Positions 39,025-48,980 of a stretch of DNA of 64,000 nt are shown here, piece by piece. The translations under genes were made by a program, and so were the position numbers. Each line of letters opens with the position of its first letter. Position 1 is the first letter of the stretch. The DNA comes from an uncultured delta proteobacterium. GTDB lineage: Bacteria; Myxococcota_A; Polyangia; Fen-1088. Below the pieces are notes generated by a model. The model worked only from the letters and a program-made list of their open reading frames with translations, ran no database searches and had not been told where the DNA came from. The stretch covers positions 1,184,001-1,248,000 of the forward strand of contig CAVYGB010000008.1 in the NCBI GenBank assembly GCA_963767925.1. Reading direction: 5' to 3'.

Positions 39025-39689
39025 AGCGCGCCAGCCAGCGGCCCGCGGGCGTCCGGCGCTTGGCCCTGGCGCTGCTGCTGGGTATCTGCGCCGCCCCGGT
39101 CCAGGCCGCCGAGGACGCACTGGTCCGCCCGCTGGGGGCGGGCGAGGTGGACTGGGGGCGCGGGCTGGTGCGGGTGCGGGCCGGAGCGGCCGCCGACCTG
39201 CGCATGCCCGGGCCGGACGCCGCCCGGGCCGATGCCCAGCGGCGAGCCCGCAACCGGGCCCAGGAGCTGCTGCGCGAGGTGCTCGCGGATCTGCCGCTGG
39301 GACCGGGGCGGAAGCTGTCGAAGGCGGCCGTCGAGGCGGCCGTCGGGCGGGCGCGGATGCCCCCGGTGGACTACCAGTCGAACGGCGGCGTCTTGCTCGC
39401 CCTCGAGCTCGGCTTCGCCGATCTCGATCCGCCCAGGCGTTGGGACAAGGAGCCGCCCCCCGGGCTCAGCGTGGCGGTGACGAGCATGCCCCTGGAGGCC
39501 CGGGCCACCTTGCTGTTCCGCAAGGAGGAGCTCACGACGACCGCGCTCTACCGGCTGGACGACCCGCCCAAGGACGTGGTGCGTGTCCGTCGCGATCGAT
39601 CCGGGCGCCTGGTCCTGCCGGCCGGGACCCTGCCGCCGCCCCCCCAGTCACCGGTGGTCATCTACCTCCGCACGATCGCCCGGCGCTGA
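39021..39689 (+). CDS. Hypothetical exported protein
   Basis: GTG overlaps the guaA stop; signal peptide ([16 protein letters not shown]), [14 protein letters not shown]. Confidence 0.6.
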   Translation: MKRASQRPAGVRRLALALLLGICAAPVQAAEDALVRPLGAGEVDWGRGLVRVRAGAAADLRMPGPDAARADAQRRARNRAQELLREVLADLPLGPGRKLSKAAVEAAVGRARMPPVDYQSNGGVLLALELGFADLDPPRRWDKEPPPGLSVAVTSMPLEARATLLFRKEELTTTALYRLDDPPKDVVRVRRDRSGRLVLPAGTLPPPPQSPVVIYLRTIARR

Positions 39690-41207
39690 CCCGGCGGGGG
39701 ACCCCGCGGCGAGCTGGTCCAGCCGGCGGCGAACCGCGGCCCGATCCGGATCGAGGGCGAGCGCCGAGGCGTAGGCCGCCCGGGCGGCGGCCAGGTCGCC
39801 GCGGCGGTCGGCGAGGCGCCCCAGCCCGGCCCAGGCGGCGGGTGAGGGGAGCAGCGCGAGGCTCCGGCGATATTCGGCGGCGGCCGCCTCGGGGTGGCCG
39901 AGCCGCTCTTCCAGCCGGCCGAGGGCGTTGCGCAGGCGGGGGCCATCCCGCCCCAGGAACTGCAGGCGGTCGGCGGCAACCCGCGCCCGGGCCAGGTCCG
40001 AGGCGGCGACCGCCCGGCGATGCCCGACCTCCTTCTCCCAGGCGATCCCGAGCCAGCAGACGAGGGAGAACACCCCCGCGCTCACCAGGGCCCCGATGGC
40101 CAGCGCGGGCAGCGGCCGGCCCTCGCCGTCGGGAGCGGCGGCCAGCGGGTCGCCCGCGACGAGGACCCGCCCGATCGCTGGGTCGCGCAGCTTCCAGATC
40201 GCCCCGTCGAGCACGAAGTGGTGCAGGTTGACCGCCGCCGCCACGAGCAAGCCCAGGCCAGCCTCGAAGGGGACCCGGCCGAAGGCGCCAGGGGCGAAGG
40301 CCAGCGCGGGCAGGACCCAGATCCCGGCCCCCGCCAGCAAGACCCGACCGCCCCAGAGCGGGCCGGGCTCGCTCCGGGCGAGATGGCGCGAGATCCAGAG
40401 GTACTGGACGCTGTGGGCGATCGCGATCCAGACGAAGGCGGCGCCAGCGCCCAGCGCTTCGAGCAGACCGGGCCGGGCCAGGTGGGCGACGGCGGCCGGG
40501 ACGGCGAACCAGAGGCTCTGGGTCAGCAGCAGCGCGCCCACCGGCAGGAGGGCCCGCCCGCTCACCCTCCGGAGCGTCCAGCCGAGCAGACCCAGGACGA
40601 CGAGATAGGCCGAGGCCAGCAGGGGAAAGGCCACCCCGGCCAGCGCCTCGGGGATGCCGAGCGGGACGAAGTGGTACGCCCCGCCGGGGTCGAACATCGG
40701 GTCGCTCCCGACCACGCCCCGGACCCGGTGGAAGTTGAGCAGCGTCAATGCCGTCGAGAGCCCGAAGCTGGCGAGGAGCAGGCGCCGCGCCCGTGGGGAG
40801 GGGCGGGCGCCCGCCCGGCCGAGGAACATGAGGGTCAGCCCGAAGTTCTGCCCGGCGTAGTGCCAGGGGCTCCAGCTCAGGTACAGCGTGATGAGCAAGC
40901 AGCCGAGCCAGGGCTGGAAGGCCGCCACGACGAAGGCCCCCCAGACGAGGGCGCTCAGGTAGGTGCCGTGGAGGGCGTAGCGCTGGCGGCTGGCCGTGCT
41001 CCCATAGGCCCGGACAAGGGTGGCCCCGTAGTGGGGCACGCCGGTCAGGAGGATCAGCAGCGGAAGGAAGGGCCCCAGCCCGGTCATCTCCGGCCGCGCG
41101 AACAGCAGGATCGCGACAAGCAGCAGGTAGCCGATCCCGCATCCGAGCAGCAGATCGGGCGCCGGACCCGCCAGCCAGGGACGCCGCGCGACCGCGGGGA
41201 GCGACAT
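39648..41207 (-). CDS. Polytopic membrane protein with conserved His motifs and C-terminal TPRs
   Basis: HYGATL.RAY, WHYAGQNFG, HSVQYL, HHFVLDGAIWK; TPR-like end (YRRSLALLP, YASALALDP). Confidence 0.75.
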   Translation of the reverse strand: MSLPAVARRPWLAGPAPDLLLGCGIGYLLLVAILLFARPEMTGLGPFLPLLILLTGVPHYGATLVRAYGSTASRQRYALHGTYLSALVWGAFVVAAFQPWLGCLLITLYLSWSPWHYAGQNFGLTLMFLGRAGARPSPRARRLLLASFGLSTALTLLNFHRVRGVVGSDPMFDPGGAYHFVPLGIPEALAGVAFPLLASAYLVVLGLLGWTLRRVSGRALLPVGALLLTQSLWFAVPAAVAHLARPGLLEALGAGAAFVWIAIAHSVQYLWISRHLARSEPGPLWGGRVLLAGAGIWVLPALAFAPGAFGRVPFEAGLGLLVAAAVNLHHFVLDGAIWKLRDPAIGRVLVAGDPLAAAPDGEGRPLPALAIGALVSAGVFSLVCWLGIAWEKEVGHRRAVAASDLARARVAADRLQFLGRDGPRLRNALGRLEERLGHPEAAAAEYRRSLALLPSPAAWAGLGRLADRRGDLAAARAAYASALALDPDRAAVRRRLDQLAAGSPAGSAPGDRAEVDDHR

Positions 41208-41263
41208 GCCAACAGTCTACTCAGGCCAGCGCCGGGAGGGTCGACCGGATTCCCGACCGGCTC

Positions 41264-41707
41264 TCAACGTCCCGGGTCGACCGCGTCGGGCAGCTCGTTC
41301 TTGTCGCCGGGCAGCGGTGGGAACAACGGCGCCAGGCGCTGGGTCAGCGCGTCCACCGCTTCGACGAGCCCCTCGGTGTAGCGGCCGGCCCGGAAGGCCG
41401 CGGTCAGCCGCTCCACCACGCTGGACCAGAGCGAGGGGTCGACCTTGCTGGTGATGCCTTCGTCGGCGAGCACCACCACCCGGCGGCGCCAGGGCGCGAT
41501 CAGCAGGAGGATGCCCGTGCGTCGCGCGGTGGCGGTCATGCCCAGCCGCTGGAAAGCCTTCTCCGCCAGGCGCTGGGGGTCTCCCCAGAACAGCCCGGCG
41601 ATGGAGATGCGCAGCTCGATGGCGCTGGCCCGCTCGGCCCGCTGGATCGCCGCCTCGACCTGACGAAGGTCGAGCCGCGACAGGAGCCTCCGGCGCGTCA
41701 TCACCAT
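41264..41707 (-). CDS. TPM-domain protein (short type)
   Basis: AIQRAERASAIELR, RTGILL, LADEGI, NELPD. Confidence 0.88.
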   Translation of the reverse strand: MVMTRRRLLSRLDLRQVEAAIQRAERASAIELRISIAGLFWGDPQRLAEKAFQRLGMTATARRTGILLLIAPWRRRVVVLADEGITSKVDPSLWSSVVERLTAAFRAGRYTEGLVEAVDALTQRLAPLFPPLPGDKNELPDAVDPGR

Positions 41708-42498
41708 GACCCCGAGGCGCCGCCGCCGCCCGAACGGCCGCCCCCGCCGCCCCAGCCGCCACCCCCGCCGCTCCAGCCACCCCCGCCGCCCCCGCGGCCG
41801 CCCGATCCCAGGCTCATCAACAGGTACACCGCCAGCGAGGGGTTGGTCAGGAACAGGATGAGGAACACGACCCCCACGATCCCGAACAGGATCAGCGAGC
41901 CCCGGCTGCGCTGCCGCTCGCCGGCCGCCGGCTGCGCGCGCTCGTCGGCTCCCCGGTCCGCCTCTCCCCCGATCGCCGCCAGCACGCGATCCACCGCGGC
42001 CGTGACGGCGCCGTCCCGGTTTTCGCGCTGCAGGCGGGGGACCATCTCGTCGCGGATGATGCGCGCGGCCCGCAGGTCGGTCAGGCGATCCTCGAGCCCG
42101 TAGCCGACCTCGATCCGGACCTGTCGATCCTGGGCGAAGACGAAGATCGCCGCCCCGTCGTCGAGCCCCTTGCGGCCCACTCCCCAGGCCTCGAAGGTGC
42201 GGGCGGCCCAGTCCTCCAGGGACTGGTTGCCCAGGCTGGCCCCGATCCAGACGATCACCTGGTGACCGCCGCTCGAACGTTCGAACGCCTCCAGCCGCCG
42301 GTCGAGAGCATCCCGCGTTCCCGGCGAGAGAAACCCCACCGGATCGGTCACCCAGCGGACGGGCGCCGGCGGCGGGGTCGCCAGCTCCTGCGCCCCCGAG
42401 GCTCCTGGCAGGGCCGCCGCTGCCGCCATCAGCAGCAGGGCCGCCGCCGCCCGGCCCACCCGCGCTCCGGACATCGGATGCCGCCTGATCAGCGCCAC
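41701..42498 (-). CDS. TPM-domain membrane protein (YgcG-like); alternative start ATG 42474
   Basis: VTDPVGFLS, WGVGRKGLDDG, RIEVGYGLE, Gly-rich end GGGRSGGGGASGSW. Confidence 0.9.
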   Translation of the reverse strand: MALIRRHPMSGARVGRAAAALLLMAAAAALPGASGAQELATPPPAPVRWVTDPVGFLSPGTRDALDRRLEAFERSSGGHQVIVWIGASLGNQSLEDWAARTFEAWGVGRKGLDDGAAIFVFAQDRQVRIEVGYGLEDRLTDLRAARIIRDEMVPRLQRENRDGAVTAAVDRVLAAIGGEADRGADERAQPAAGERQRSRGSLILFGIVGVVFLILFLTNPSLAVYLLMSLGSGGRGGGGGGWSGGGGGWGGGGGRSGGGGASGSW

Positions 42499-42508
42499 CT
42501 CCTCCGGG

Positions 42509-43102
42509 TCAGAACTTGACCTTGGGCGCCACCTCGGACCCCGCCTGGGCCGCGAAGTAGGGCTTCTCCTTGAAGCGTTCGCCCAGCACCGACGCGAAGA
42601 TCACGGTGGGGAAGGTCTGGCGTTTCGTGTTGAAGGCCTGGGCCGCCTGGTTGAAGCGCATGCGCTCGACCGAGATGCGGTTCTCGCTGCCTTCGAGCTG
42701 GGCTTGCAGATCCCGGAAGGCGGCGGTCGCCTTGAGATCCGGGTAGCGCTCCGACACGACCATCAGGCGCGACAGCGCACCCGACAGCCCTTCCTGGGCC
42801 TGCTGGAAGCGCTTGAAGGCCTCGGGATCGTTGAGGACCTTGTCGAGGCCCTGGGCCGACACCTGGCCCACGCGCGAGCGCGCCTCGGCCACCGCGGAGA
42901 AGGTGTCCTTCTCGAAGTTGGCGGCGCCCTTGACCGTCTCCACCAGGTTGGGGATCAGATCCGCCCGTCGCTGGTAGGCGTTTTCGACCTGGCCCCACTG
43001 CGCCCGCACCCCCTGCTCCAGGCCGACGAGAGAGTTGTAGCTGCGCACGCAGCCGAACCCGAGGATGGCAACGACCCCGAGCGCGATGAGTACCTTTTTC
43101 AC
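42509..43102 (-). CDS. lemA: LemA family protein
   Basis: YNSLV, YQRRADLIPNLVETVKG, ERYPDLKA, LEGSENRISVER. Confidence 0.95.
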   Translation of the reverse strand: MKKVLIALGVVAILGFGCVRSYNSLVGLEQGVRAQWGQVENAYQRRADLIPNLVETVKGAANFEKDTFSAVAEARSRVGQVSAQGLDKVLNDPEAFKRFQQAQEGLSGALSRLMVVSERYPDLKATAAFRDLQAQLEGSENRISVERMRFNQAAQAFNTKRQTFPTVIFASVLGERFKEKPYFAAQAGSEVAPKVKF

Positions 43103-43196
43103 GGGGTCAATGTAAGCACGATTCGCCCCGAGGAAAGTGACGACTTGCGCGACGACCGGGCTCGACCGGTCGGGCCGCCGGCCCTATCGTGCGCGA

Positions 43197-44819
43197 TCAG
43201 TGCAGCCCGGGCGCCTCGTGGCCGCTGCGGGCCACGTATTCGAGGTAGCCGCCGCCGTAGACGATGGGGCCTTCCGGGGTCAGCTCCAGCACCCGGTTGG
43301 AGAGCTGGGCCAGGAACTTCCGGTCGTGGGAGACGAACAGCATCGTCCCGTCGTAGTCGCCCAGCGCCCGCACGATCATCTCCTTGGTGCCCATGTCGAG
43401 GTGGTTGGTGGGCTCGTCGAGGACCAGGAAGTTTGGGCTTGTCGTAGAGGATGCGGGCCAGGACCAGGCGCGCCTTCTCCCCGCCCGAGAGCACGCGGCA
43501 GCTCTTCTCGATGTCGTCGCCGGAGAAGCCGAAACAGCCGGCCAGCGTGCGCAGCGAGCCCATGTTGGCCAGGGGGAAGGCCTCCTCCAGGGTCTGCGAT
43601 GACCGTCTGGTCGGGCGAGAGCAGCTCCATCGAGTGCTGGGCGAAGTAGCCGAGCTTCACGCTGGCGCCCAGGTTGACCGCGCCGCCGTCCGGCTCGGTC
43701 TCGCCCGCCACGAGCTTGAGCAAGGTGGACTTGCCCGCGCCGTTGACCCCCATGATGGCCCAGCGCTCCCGGCGGCGGATCGTGCAGGTCGAGGCCCTGG
43801 TAGATCACCCGGGTTCCGTAGCGCTTGTCGACGCGGGCGAGCTTGATGACGTCTTCGCCCGAACGGGGGCAGGCGGGAAACTCGAAGGTCAGGGTCTTGC
43901 GCCGCTTGGGCGGTTCGACCTTGTCGATCTTGTCGAGCTTCTTGACCCGCGATTGCACCTGGGCGGCCTTGGCCGCCTGGGCCTTGAAGCGCTCGATGAA
44001 CCGCATCTCCTTGGCCAGCATGGCCTGCTGGCGCTGGTAGGCGGCCTCGGCCTGGGCCTCCTGCAGCTCCCGCTGCTTCTCGTAGAAGTCGTAGTTGCCC
44101 GAGTAGCTGGTCAGCACGCCACCGTCGATCTCGATGATGCGGGTGACGATCCGGTTCATGAACTCGCGATCGTGCGAGGTCAGGATGAGCGCGCCTTCGT
44201 AGGCCTTGAGGAAACCCTCCAGCCAGATCAGCGATTCGAGATCGAGGTGGTTGGAGGGCTCGTCGAGCAACATGGCGTCGGGGCGCATCAGCAGGATGCG
44301 AGCCAGCGCCACGCGCATCTTCCACCCGCCCGACAGCTTGCCCACGTCGCCGTCCATCATCTCGCCGGAGAAGCCCAGGCCGGCCAGGATCTCGCGGGCC
44401 CGCGCCTCGAGGGCGTAGCCCCCCAGCTCGTCGAAGCGGGCCTGCACCTCGCCGAAGCGGGCCAGCAGGCGGTCCAGGTCGTCGGCCCGGGCCGGATCGG
44501 CCAGGGCCTCTTCCAGCTGCTTCAGCTCGGCGGCGACCTCGGAGACCTGACCGGCTCCCGCCATCACCTCGGCCACCGCGGGCTGGCCGGTCATCTCGCC
44601 CACGTCCTGGCTGAAGTACCCGATGGTGATGCCGCGATCGAGCGAGATCTGCCCCTCGTCGGGGGACTCCTCCTTCATGATCATCCGGAAGACGGTCGAC
44701 TTGCCGGCCCCGTTGGGGCCCACCAGGCCGACCTTTTCGCCGCGGTAGATGGCCGCCGACGCCTCGACGAAGAGGATCTGGGGACCGTGCTGCTTGCTGA
44801 TCTGGTCGAGGCGAATCAC
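43197..44819 (-). CDS. ABC-F family ATPase; about three apparent frameshifts (~43785, ~43597, ~43435)
   Basis: Two ABC domains: GPNGAGKS/LSGGW/LDEPSNHLD and GVNGAGKS/LSGGEK/LDEPTNHLD; no TM segments. Confidence 0.92.
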   Translation of the reverse strand: MIRLDQISKQHGPQILFVEASAAIYRGEKVGLVGPNGAGKSTVFRMIMKEESPDEGQISLDRGITIGYFSQDVGEMTGQPAVAEVMAGAGQVSEVAAELKQLEEALADPARADDLDRLLARFGEVQARFDELGGYALEARAREILAGLGFSGEMMDGDVGKLSGGWKMRVALARILLMRPDAMLLDEPSNHLDLESLIWLEGFLKAYEGALILTSHDREFMNRIVTRIIEIDGGVLTSYSGNYDFYEKQRELQEAQAEAAYQRQQAMLAKEMRFIERFKAQAAKAAQVQSRVKKLDKIDKVEPPKRRKTLTFEFPACPRSGEDVIKLARVDKRYGTRVIYQGLDLHDPPPGALGHHGGQRRGQVHLAQARGGRDRAGRRRGQPGRQREARLLRPALDGAALARPDGHRRPWRRPSPWPTWARCARWPAVSASPATTSRRAAACSRAGRRRAWSWPASSTTSPNFLVLDEPTNHLDMGTKEMIVRALGDYDGTMLFVSHDRKFLAQLSNRVLELTPEGPIVYGGGYLEYVARSGHEAPGLH

Positions 44820-45003
44820 GGGAAGGCGGCGTTTACCGCGAATGGCGGCTCGGCGCCAGCCTTCCGCGGGGTGGTGGCAGATCGCGACAAGGGTGCCTTA
44901 TCGAGAAGATCGGCAACGCGGTGCAAAGGTAACGGCGCCGGCTGCGCGCCCCGACAGGACGGCGCGCGCGACCGGTCGGCCCGCCTGGCCCGGACGACCG
45001 GGG

Positions 45004-45639
45004 TCAAGTCGCGAACCGCACCGTCGCGCCGGTCCCGGCCCGGACCCGCGCCTGGTCGACGCCCGGCGCCCGCTCCACGCAGACGAAGTGATCGCCGGCG
45101 GGGTCGAAGACCCCGAGGTCGGTGATGACCCGCCGGGCGCAGCCCAGGGCGGTCGGCGGCAGGCTCAGGTGGTCGACCAGCTTGGGCGCGCCGTCCTTGG
45201 CGACGTGGGTCTGCAGGACCACCACCCGCCGCGCGCTGGCCGCCAGGTCCATCGCGCCGCCCATCCCGGTCGTCATCTTGCCGGGCACCGTCCAGTTGGC
45301 CAGGTCGCCGTTTCGCGCCACCTCCAGCCCGCCGAGGATGGCCAGGTCGATGTGCCCACCGCGGATCATCGCGAAGGAGAGCGCAGAGTCGAACACGCTG
45401 CCGCCGGGCAAGATGGTGACGGTCTGCTTGCCCGCGTTGATCACCTGGGGATCGACCTCCTCCTCGAAGGGAAAGGGCCCCATCCCCAGGATGCCGTTTT
45501 CGGAGTGCAGCATGACCCGCCGCCGGGGCGGGATGTGGTTGGCCACCTCCGTGGGCATGCCGATGCCGAGGTTGACCGTCTGGCCGTCCTCGATCTCGGC
45601 CGCCGCCCGCCGGAGCATGTCGTCCTTGGACCAGCTCAT
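45004..45639 (-). CDS. 3-oxoacid CoA-transferase subunit B
   Basis: VNLGIGMPT, HSENG, INAGK, MIRGGHID, GMGGAMDL. Confidence 0.93.
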   Translation of the reverse strand: MSWSKDDMLRRAAAEIEDGQTVNLGIGMPTEVANHIPPRRRVMLHSENGILGMGPFPFEEEVDPQVINAGKQTVTILPGGSVFDSALSFAMIRGGHIDLAILGGLEVARNGDLANWTVPGKMTTGMGGAMDLAASARRVVVLQTHVAKDGAPKLVDHLSLPPTALGCARRVITDLGVFDPAGDHFVCVERAPGVDQARVRAGTGATVRFAT

Positions 45640-46361
45640 GGTGGGCCCCCGGCGCGGGGGCGGGTGGTCAGGAACTCGATGGCGTTCTTGTGATCACGCG
45701 CCTCGAAGATGTGGTCGACGAACACCCCGGGCAGGTGGATGTCGTCGGGGTCGAGCTCACCCCGGCCCACCAGCCGATCCACCTCCGCCACGGTGACGTC
45801 GGCGGCGGTCGCCACCAGCGGGTTGAAGGCGCGGGCCGTCCGATAGAAACGCAGGTTGCCGTCGGGATCCCCGAGCGCCGCTCGCACGATGGCGAAGTCG
45901 GCACGCAGGGGCTTCTCCAGCAGGTACAGCCGGCCGTCGATCTCGCGGGTCTCCTTGCCCTCGGCCACCACGGTGCCGACCCCGCTGGGGGTGAAAAACC
46001 CGGCGATGCCCGCCCCGCCGGCGCGGATGCGCTCGGCCAGCGTCCCCTGCGGCACCAGCTCGACCTGGACGGTGCCGGCCAGGTATTGCTCGGCCAGGTC
46101 GGGGTTGCCGCCCATGAAGCTGCACACCACCCGCGCCACCTGGCGCTGCTTGAGCAGAACGGCCAGGCCTTGCCCCTGGTTGCCGCAGTTGTTGCTGATG
46201 ATCGTGAGTTCCTTGATACCCCGGCGGGCGATCTCCGCGATGCAGTGCTCGGCGTTGCCGCACAGGCCGAAGCCGCCCGACATGAGCCGCATGCCATCGC
46301 GCAGACCGGCCAGCGCCACCTGGGGCCCGGATACGATCTTGGTTGTCACCTGGTCGTCCAT
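45636..46361 (-). CDS. 3-oxoacid CoA-transferase subunit A
   Basis: GGFGLCG, ISNN, PQGTLAERIRAGGAGI, GNL..TARAFNP, IHLPGVFV. Confidence 0.93.
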   Translation of the reverse strand: MDDQVTTKIVSGPQVALAGLRDGMRLMSGGFGLCGNAEHCIAEIARRGIKELTIISNNCGNQGQGLAVLLKQRQVARVVCSFMGGNPDLAEQYLAGTVQVELVPQGTLAERIRAGGAGIAGFFTPSGVGTVVAEGKETREIDGRLYLLEKPLRADFAIVRAALGDPDGNLRFYRTARAFNPLVATAADVTVAEVDRLVGRGELDPDDIHLPGVFVDHIFEARDHKNAIEFLTTRPRAGGPP

Positions 46362-46368
46362 TGGTGCT

Positions 46369-47654
46369 TCAGGCGAAACTCTCGTCGAGAGCGCCGCCGA
46401 GCGCAACCAGTCCCTCCTCCAGCTCCGCCTCGGTGATCACGAGCGGCGGCGCCAGGAAGACCTGGTTGTCCCGCTTGTGCAGGTGCAGCCGCCGCCGGTG
46501 CAGCTCGGCCCGCAGGCGGCCCATCGTGGTAGGGCTGGCCGGGGTGGCCGGCCCGGCGCCGCCCGGCTCGACGAGCTCGAGGGCCCACAGCAGCCCGATC
46601 CCCCGCACCTCCCGGAGGTACGGGCGGGGCGGCGGCGAAGGCTTGCAGCCGCAGGCGCAGCCAGTCGCCCAGCCGGGCCGCCCGCTGGATCAGATCCTCC
46701 TGCCGGTACACGTCGATGGCAGCGACGATGGCCGCGCAGGTCAGCGGGTGGGCGTAGGCCGTCAGGCCGCAGGACAGGGGATGGTCCTCGAAGTGGCGAG
46801 CCACCCGCGCGCTCACCAGCACAGCACCACCGGGGGCGTAGCCGCCGGTCAGCCCCTTGGCGCAGGTGATCAGATCGGGCGCCACGCCGTCGTGGTCCAC
46901 CGCGAACCAGCGACCGGTCCGGCCGAAACCCGGAGAGGACCTCGTCGTCGACGTAGAGCACGCCGAAGCGGTCGCAGGTCTCGCGGATGCGCCGGTAATA
47001 CCCGGGCGGCGGCACCAGGACGCCGTTGGCCCCCACCACCCCTTCGAGCAGCACCGCCGCCACCGTCTCGGGGCCCTCGCGCTGGAGGAGCGCCTCCAGG
47101 TCGCCGGGGTGGGGGGCCGCCGAGTAGGGGTCCTCCCAGGAGACGCCGTCGGGCAGACCGGGATCGAAGGGTTTGCGCCGGGGGTCGCCGGAGAAGGAGA
47201 GCATCCCCAAGGTGGCCCCGTGGTAGCTGCGGCTGCGGTGGATGACCTTCCGCCGCCCGGTGAGCTGGCGGGCCATCTTGATGGCGTTTTCGTTGGCCTC
47301 CGCGCCCGACAGGCAGAAGAAGACCTTGCCCGAAGCCAGGCCGGGAGGGGCGATCTCGGCGAGCCGCTCGGCCGCCGCCACCTTGTCGGCGAACACGCCC
47401 GACGGCGTGGTCAGCAGGCCCCGCTGGGCGGCCTCGGCCAGCGCCTGGCGCATCGTCGGGTGGCCGTGGCCCAGGCCGGCGTTCCAGGTCACGCTGCCAA
47501 GGTCGAGCCAGTCCGCGCCGTCGGCGGTGCGGAACCGGGCCCCGCTACCCCCGACGATCTCCAGGGGGACGGCGTCGCGCTGGGCGGTCCAGGTGTACAG
47601 CACCCGCTGCCCCTGGCGCGCCATGAGCGAAGGGGGTGGGCCACCCGTCGTCAT
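46369..47654 (-). CDS. Class III (PLP) aminotransferase, omega-amine:pyruvate type; apparent frameshifts near 46930 and 46620
   Basis: LGHGHP, SGAEANENAIK, SYHGAT, DEVLSGF, PDLITCAKGLTGGY, RGIGL. Confidence 0.88.
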
Positions 47655-48980
47655 GCGACGGCCAGACAGACCTCGGCGAAGATCCGGGCTGCCGTCTCGG
47701 CCTGCTCCTCGGTGATGGTGAGGGGAGGGGAGAGGCGGATGGCCTTCTCGCCGCAGCCGAGTACCAGCAGCCCGCGCTGATAACAGGCCTGGGCCACCGC
47801 CTCGGCCTGCTCGGCGGTCTTCAGCTCGACGCCGATCATGAGGCCCAGGCCGCGCACCTCCTCCACCGCCTTGGCGCCAGCGAGCCGCTCGCGCAGGTGC
47901 TGGATGAGGCGGGTCCCCACCGCGGTGCAGTTGGCCAGCAGCTCGGTCTCCAGCAGGCGCAGGGTGGCCAGCGCGGCGGCGATAGCCACCGGATTGCCCC
48001 CGCAGGTCGATCCGTGCGAGCCGGCGGGCCAGGTCATGAAACGCTTGCGCGCCATCATCGCCCCGAGCGGCATGCCCGAGGCCAGGCCCTTGGCCAGCAC
48101 GATCACGTCGGGCACGACGCCGAAGTGTTCGGCCGCGAACACGGTGCCGGTGCGCCCCATGCCCGACTGGACCTCGTCGAACACGAGCAGGATGCCATGG
48201 GCGTCGCACAGGGCGCGCAGCCCGGCCAGGAAGGCCCGCGAGGGCACCAGGTAGCCGCCTTCGCCCAGGACCGGCTCGACCACGATTGCCGCCACGTCCT
48301 CCGGGCTGACCGTGCGGCTCCAGAGCTCACGCTCGAGGCTCTCCAGGTCTCCGTATTCGGCGTGGTGGACGCCGGGCAGCAGCGGCCCGAAGTGCTTGCG
48401 GTACTTGCTCTTGCTGGCGGTCAGGGAGAGCGAGCCCAGGCTGCGCCCGTGAAAGCCGCCCCGGAAGGCGACGAGGTGCGCGCGCCGGGTGTGGTGGCGC
48501 GCCAGCTTGATGGCCGCCTCGACCGCCTCGGTGCCGGAGTTGGTCAGGAAGGTCTGCCAGCCCGAGCCGTCCGCCACCCCCGCAGACTTCTCCAGGCGGC
48601 CGGCGTACTCCCCCAGCCGCTCGCACAGCTCGTCGTAGGTCGGGTAAAAGAAGTCGGTGCCGCAGATGTGGATCAGGTTCTCGGCCTGCACGGCGATGGC
48701 CGCCGCGACCTGCGGGTGACAGTGGCCGGTGGCGGCCGCAGACACCCCGGCCTGGCAGTCGAGGAACACGTTGCCGTCGACGTCCTCGACCATGCACCCC
48801 GAGGCCCGTGCCGACCATCAGCGGGTAGACGTGAATCAGCGAGGGGCTCAGGTGCTCCCGGGCCCGGGCGATCATCTGCCGGGCCCGGGGCCCGGGCAGC
48901 TCGCTGACGATGGAGATGTCGCGCTGGGCGAGGGCCGACAGCGAGCCGCCCGAGCCGGCCTTGTGCGCCCGGATGCTCAC
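47651..48980 (-). CDS. Class III aminotransferase, GabT/acetylornithine type; apparent frameshift near 48810
   Basis: ELPGPRA, EDVDGN, GHCHP, NSGTEAVEAAIK, FHGRS, DEVQSGMGRTG, AKGLASG, GSTCGGNP. Confidence 0.9.
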
